Of a stretch of DNA of 64,000 nt, positions 58,230-64,000 are shown one piece after another; position 1 is the first letter of the stretch, and each line of letters begins with the position of its first letter. The position numbers were made by a program, and so were the translations under genes. Where the stretch lies: positions 44,516,001-44,580,000 of the forward strand of contig OX597825.1 of assembly GCA_951406725.2 (NCBI GenBank). The letters are read 5' to 3'. The notes below the pieces were generated by a model. It worked only from the letters and a program-made list of their open reading frames with translations, searched no databases and was not told the origin of the DNA. This stretch comes from Octopus vulgaris. Lineage: Eukaryota.

Positions 58230-59721
58230 CCGCTACAACTGCAACTATATTATGCCCCAAGGGTAGGTAGTATCTTGTAGGCATTTTGGGGTAGCTACTG
58301 ATGATTCAAGTGATATCTTCCACACTGGTATAGCAAAGTTGACATTTTTTATCACAACGTTGAGGTTGGTGGTATCTTTTTCCCCCTTGTATATCATGTA
58401 TTTAGTAGCTATCTCCTGTTCCTGGATAGCGAAGGCACAACCTTCTGGGTGGCATGTAATGTATCTCTCACAGGTCCAGGAGATGCTACTCTTCCAGTCA
58501 ATGTTGTTACCCGCCAGCTTACGTGATGTGTACCCATGCATTGACTTTTGCAGGTATGATGCCTGCTTCTCCTCCAAGCTTCTGTCTAGATAGGTCAGTC
58601 CAGCCTCATTTGGGTCTTATGAGAGAGTTGTATTCTCAGAGTACCTCCGACTCTAGAATTTGCTCTCACTTTTGAGTATGCATGAAATGTACCCATTTAT
58701 TTCCTTATTGTGTTGTCTGAGTCATACAATGCGATATTTAAAGCCTGTCTGAACTGGCCTTATGCCCCTGTCACCATCACTTCGTCTCACATAAATCCTA
58801 TCGATGTTACTTTTAATGTGGAAGTTGCCAGTGGTGGTCAGTACCTTTCTGATTTTGATGTCCCAACTACGTATCTCGTTGAGTGTCCACTTCAATATCC
58901 CAACTGTTGGTACTGGCACTGCATTGTGAAATATGGTCCTGTTAAATGCAGGCAGTTCTGAGTTCCATATTTCCGGAGCCTACAAAAGTACTCTTTTGTT
59001 ATTCTGGCGTTAGTCACAGCACCAACATATGCAGCAATCTCATACATTCTGAGATATTAATAATTTTCATCATTACAGATAGGCGAGATAGAAAAGGCCA
59101 CTGATGCAAAAGTTCTTTATCTAGTTGACAGCTTTTCCTGGTTAACCATTATGTCTGAGCATTTATCTTGCCCAAATCCCATTTTTAAGACACGTGAGAA
59201 TGTTATGACTAGTTCTAATTGTCTCTTGATGTTGAGCATATTACCAGAATATAACTTAAGTTCATCAGCAAAGAATGTGCGAGTAACAGTAATTTTATTC
59301 TTTTCTGCATATTCCAGCATGTAGCTATGGCATTACGTTAACAGAGCTGACAAGGGGTTCACCGCCAGTATAAAAAACATTGCAGATAAACTATCACTTA
59401 TGAATGAGGCACAGAGTCGAACGCCTTCTTGTAGTCTAGCTATATTGTTTAGAGATTACGCTGATGTTACTCGGCTTCATTTAGGATAGCATTATTGAGG
59501 AGGAGCTGTTCAACACAGACTTACCTTCTGTCTGTTCATCAGTTATCACACCATTTGTTTGGCAGTGGTCTTCGAGAAACATATTCAGACAACCTGGGTT
59601 CAGTTTGTACATAACATTAAAGCATGCTATGGGCCTGTAGTTTTGGCCACATGGGTCGCTTTTTCTTAGGGATAAGAAACCGTCAGTCAATCTAGTATAT
59701 CTAGCTCAGCGTCCATGGATG
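58230..59721 (-). mobile_element. Degenerate RLE retrotransposon related to 430-1971
   Basis: 'NYRPIACFN', 'FFADELKLY', 'FGQDKC', 'EGCAFAIQEQEIATKY', 'RYYLPLGHNIVA'. Confidence 0.85.
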
Positions 59722-59830
59722 TTATGTATGTATGCATGTATGTATGTATGTATGTATGCATGTATGTATGTATGTATGTATGTATGTATGTATGTATGTA
59801 TGTATGTATGTATGTATGTGTATGTATGTA
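59722..59830. repeat. (TATG)n microsatellite
   Basis: Directly visible. Confidence 0.98.
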
Positions 59831-59944
59831 CGTGTGTGTATTTATTTATGTATATATTTATTGAGTTTTATTTCAAGATTTCTTGCCAATAGAGAAATAG
59901 CCGGTTTCTAACCTGGATCCTTCATTGGAATCCTTCTACTATAC

Positions 59945-62560
59945 TATGAGTTCTTATTTCTTTCTCCTTGGGCTTATCCTTCCGACGCATACTAGTAGGT
60001 GCCCACACAAGTCCGGCATACTATAATATAGCATGTAGGGTAGACCATCTAGTCACAGCGAGTTGTCCTCGCCGTAGTCCAACAAAGCTTTCTCCACTTT
60101 CACAGCTTTGATCGGTTCTTCACAACATTCCGCTTCCCGTCGCAAGAGACACGGCAACCCAGTGAGGAAGTCTGTGATGTCCTCCCTATGCTCCGATCCA
60201 CCGCCCCTTCCGAACAGCTGAGCGAAATGCTCTTGAAAAACCTTACACATCTCCTCGGGTTCGTTTACTGAACGTTCAAAGACCTTATTGTGACATCAAT
60301 GCCACGCTGGGTCTCTATCACACGGGCCCACCCAACAGCGTTGATTCCCTCTCATCCCATTGCACAGAACTTAGCTCTGACAATGCATCCCTCGAGTTTA
60401 ACCTCGAGGTGTTGGTTGAGCGCCAATCTCGCGGCTAAAACTTGGGACACACAGCCAGTTCTCAGTGTCTCTTCTAGAGCCTTAACTAGTTCCCTTTCTA
60501 TTTTATTCTTCTTAAATCCTATCTCTTTACTAAACCTAACAGACTAACCCTTGATGACACTTTTGAGGGTACACCACCATTTGTCATTTATAATGGTTCC
60601 TGTAATTGCGCTCATTACTAATTGCCTAATCCGACTCCTGCACTCCTCACAAGTCAGGAGTTACGTATTGAGTTTCCAGTAGCCGGGTCTTTGACTACAT
60701 ACTCTATCTAAGTCAAGCCTAAAAACCAAACAATAATCCTAAGTAAGATCTAGAAGATCCTTCGCTATTAGACCATGTTCACACTGGAGTATCTCGGAAT
60801 TCTAGTCTGTATCGATCTGCCAGCTGTAAAATGACTGAGCAGAACGTTGAGGTATGAGTTACCCCACCTCTCTGGATTTGAGCCAACACAATCTACGCGT
60901 GCATTACAAATTGTGTTAAAGTCTCCTAACAGCACTAAAGTGTGTGGCGTTCCTAGAAAGTTATCTAGGATTCGAAAAAAATCTGACAACCCAGCTCTAT
61001 AAAGGACATAGATAGTAACCAACCTGAGGGTCTTACCACTGCCGTTCATCACATCCAAGATGACCAGCTTGCTCTCCGGGTCAATAAAGATTTTCTACTT
61101 CAAGTATCCTATTAAGCCTCTCGAAGGTACAACGACGCCCTCACCTCCAAGCTGACATGGAGAAAGGCATATCTTGTAGTCGTTTAGGAAGGGTGAGAAT
61201 GAGATCGTCACGGAGGCGACATTGCTTCCTGACCGGTCCCAGACCGCGTGCATTTATACAGCCTACATTAAGGGAAAACATAAACACTAAATTTAGTGTT
61301 CTTTGGAATGTCATAGATTGGAGGAGGCTCGAGTGGTGGGAATAAAGTTGACTCCATCTAGTTCTGAGTTTTTGGCATTGAATGTTTTGCGGGGAGGGGT
61401 TGGGGATTTTTGATATCTTGTGTGCTTGGGTGCGTTCTTTTCTGTAGAAGCAGGGATGGGATTAGTGTCAGATGGGCAATGGAAGGGGTTGATATCTGTA
61501 GAGACAGGGTGGGGATTAGTGTATGTATGGGTTGGGTGGGAACTAGTGACTATGGCGGTAGGACGGGCATTTTCCTCTTTTCTTGTTTTTGGATACTACA
61601 GTCCAATCAATGTCCGACGATTTCTCAGTAATGGCTTCCTTTCTCTTTATTTTACTGGGTTTCTCTGTATTTTTCCTTTTCTCTGCAGCTGGCGTCGCAG
61701 GACGTAAAGGTGCGGCAGCTTTCACGACTGCTGGTAGCTCTGGTGCTTTTGGTGGAGGGTACTATGCTCTTATGTGGCCCACTTGGCCAAACTTGAAGCA
61801 TCGGGGATTTCTGCCTTCCACTATAACTCTTAATTTCTTATCCTCTCCCACCAATAAGGTATCCACAATTTCCTCGCGGTCCAGAGGGGCAGCCTGGATT
61901 AGCATCTCTAATCCCTTCCTCGGCCAGTTTTGTTGTTTAATGTTGGTGGTTTGGAGGATTATTTTCTCCTCCAAGCCAAAACTAATTTCAGCCATGAGCC
62001 AGGCAATGTCGACCTCTGGTGGAATTTCTCCTACCTTCACCTTGTAAGTACGTCTTCCAAGGTGTGTTGATATGAAGACCACCTCGATTTCATAGTGGTT
62101 GTGGAATGCTGCCTGGCTAATTCCTTCGATTTGAACCGCATCTCCACTGCCGTAAATCATTTGTCCTTGGCAAGGTATAAAATATCTTGCCAGATGGGCC
62201 TCAGGGACTTTCCATCTGCTCCTTCTGCGCCATGTCTGGTCTTTTATTTTTAATGGACACCGTTTTAAATATCACCGTTCTCCTGGATGTTATATTAGTC
62301 AATTCACTAGAAGTCAGTTTGATTTCATGTCCCTTCTTTTGTAATTAGCCTTTAAATTTATCGAGTTCTTTTCTTTCGATTACCATATCTTTCTTGGTGA
62401 CACTGGTTACCGCCGCAAAATTGTTAACTTTGTTTGGTTCGTTATTGTTATTGTCTTTTTCGGTAGTAATTATATTATCAAGTTTCATTGCGTATGGTGA
62501 TAATCCCTCCTCAGAGGAGTCAATATCCGTCGAACTTGTATAAAAAAATTGCATTTGTTC
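59945..62560 (-). mobile_element. Degenerate L1/Tx1-like LINE (ORF1 plus APE, broken before the RT core)
   Basis: ORF1 'VIVEGRNPRCFKFGQVGHIRA' (decayed CCHC). APE 'LVLLGDFN', then 'PGYWKLNT' and 'LDGLPY'. Confidence 0.8.
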
Positions 62561-63639
62561 CTCATTTTTTTTGTAAAATTTAAATATTCCCCCCCCCCTC
62601 GAGCAAGGGAGAAAACGTTAACAGTTCGGTGACAACGCAGAAAAACAAAGCTTTTAGCAACAAGATAACAAAAAAGAGTTCAACAGTAAAATGAACAATA
62701 ATAACAAACGATGCTTTACCAAAAATGAACTAATACAGCACAAAAAGATCTGCAGGCGAATGAGACAAATTTCGAATGAATTCTTTATTGTCCACAAGGG
62801 ACCAGATATAGAAGGGTCAGCACAAGGACAGACAAACACATATATAAGGAACAAAGACAAAACGAATGAAAAATGAAAAGAAATTACATGAAAGGATGGA
62901 ATAGCAGCCATCCGAAACCCATATCCCGAACGACCCCGCTGAGTCTTTTTTCTGTTTTACACATTTATTTTACACATTAACAACAGTTTTTATATTCTTT
63001 TTTTATACAAGCCTTTTATACATAAAATTTCACTTAAATTCATTCCAGTTGTACACACTTGTTTAACAATTGCCACAGTTTTTCTTTTAAAATCGGTCTC
63101 ATACTTCTCTTGTAGTCTATTAAATAGTTCCTCACCAATAATCGAACCTCTCGCTCCGGGGTATTGGTAATACAACTCCACCTCAGCAACGTCCTTTGCA
63201 TTGGCTAACTCCATCATCATCTGAGAAATTACAACCGTGTTTCGTGGTCTGCTACCACAACAGCTCCTTTATAGGATCCAGTTAGCTCAAGGCATCATCA
63301 GGAGTAACCACGTCCGGTTTCGGCCCCTACTCCTCTACCGTTTTGACGTGGTGCCCCCCCCCCCTTTCGGAGGGGTCTTCAGCTCTGGTGTTGGGTGCAT
63401 GTCTTCTTTCTTCTTCTTTCTTCTGTTCCCTGGCCTCTTCGATGTATCGTCAGCGAGCGTCAGCCGGTGACTGACTGTCTTGTCAATTTTTTCCCTTTAA
63501 ATACCTGCTCCAGCAGGCAGCCCCAGCAAGTTGTCACGTGACACTGTCTCACCTTAACTGACTAGTGAAGGCACGTAGTTTTAGCCCGCGCTTTTTCTAA
63601 ACGACCGTCATCTGTCAGTCAGCGAAGCTGATTCAGTCA

Positions 63640-64000
63640 GCTTGTCTCACCTAATGATGTTATTTCCCGTCGGCCTGTTTATGACTTTCAAGTCATTTTC
63701 GGTCTTACCGCTTCAGCCATATATAGAAGCTGGCTTTTTCGACCGCCTCCTGTACTCTCCCTATTAGTTTACGCAGCTCGGGGCTAGAAAAAAACAAATC
63801 TTCTTTTGAAAAGCGTTGTCATTTTCTTTTCAATGAAGCCTCTAACCCCAACTTCCAAGTGATAATATTCGACATTCCATCCCTGTTCTCTGCATTCTTC
63901 GATTAGTTTTTCATACCTCTTCTCCTTTCGTTCCTCTGCATTGCCGATGTTCTCTTCCCAAGGTACTGTTAGTTCTAGTAAAATTCCCATTCTCCGGTCT
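63640..64000 (-). mobile_element. 3' end of a Hero-like RLE retrotransposon (runs off the window edge)
   Basis: 'LLELTVPWEENIGNAEERKEKRY..CREQGW..LEVGVRGF'. Confidence 0.8.

Overview
This is AT-rich eukaryotic DNA made almost entirely of transposable elements and microsatellites. The SINE and microsatellite landscape suggests a cephalopod, probably an octopus (inference). I see no host gene, rRNA, tRNA or CRISPR array. Contents: (1) many R4/Dong-like RLE retrotransposons, one group nested in (AAT/GAT)n tracts and a second family whose junctions sit at (TATG)n; (2) one APE-RT LINE with an intact 1034-aa ORF2 and a CCCH-finger ORF1 remnant; (3) Penelope-like elements, with three loci carrying type-I hammerhead ribozyme motifs; (4) Tx1-like and Hero-like fragments; (5) two mariners, a DD37D maT element, a Chapaev3-like relic and a 1.8-kb foldback element; (6) tRNA-derived SINEs; (7) a ~9.8-kb near-identical duplication across a 100-N gap, probably an assembly artefact. 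Top leads: a LINE-SINE pair sharing a covarying double-hairpin 3' tail, a hammerhead-like motif with its three strands in non-canonical order (45572-45637), and an RLE family that appears to target (CATA)n. Family names come from motif recognition, not database searches. Boundaries of degenerate elements are approximate.
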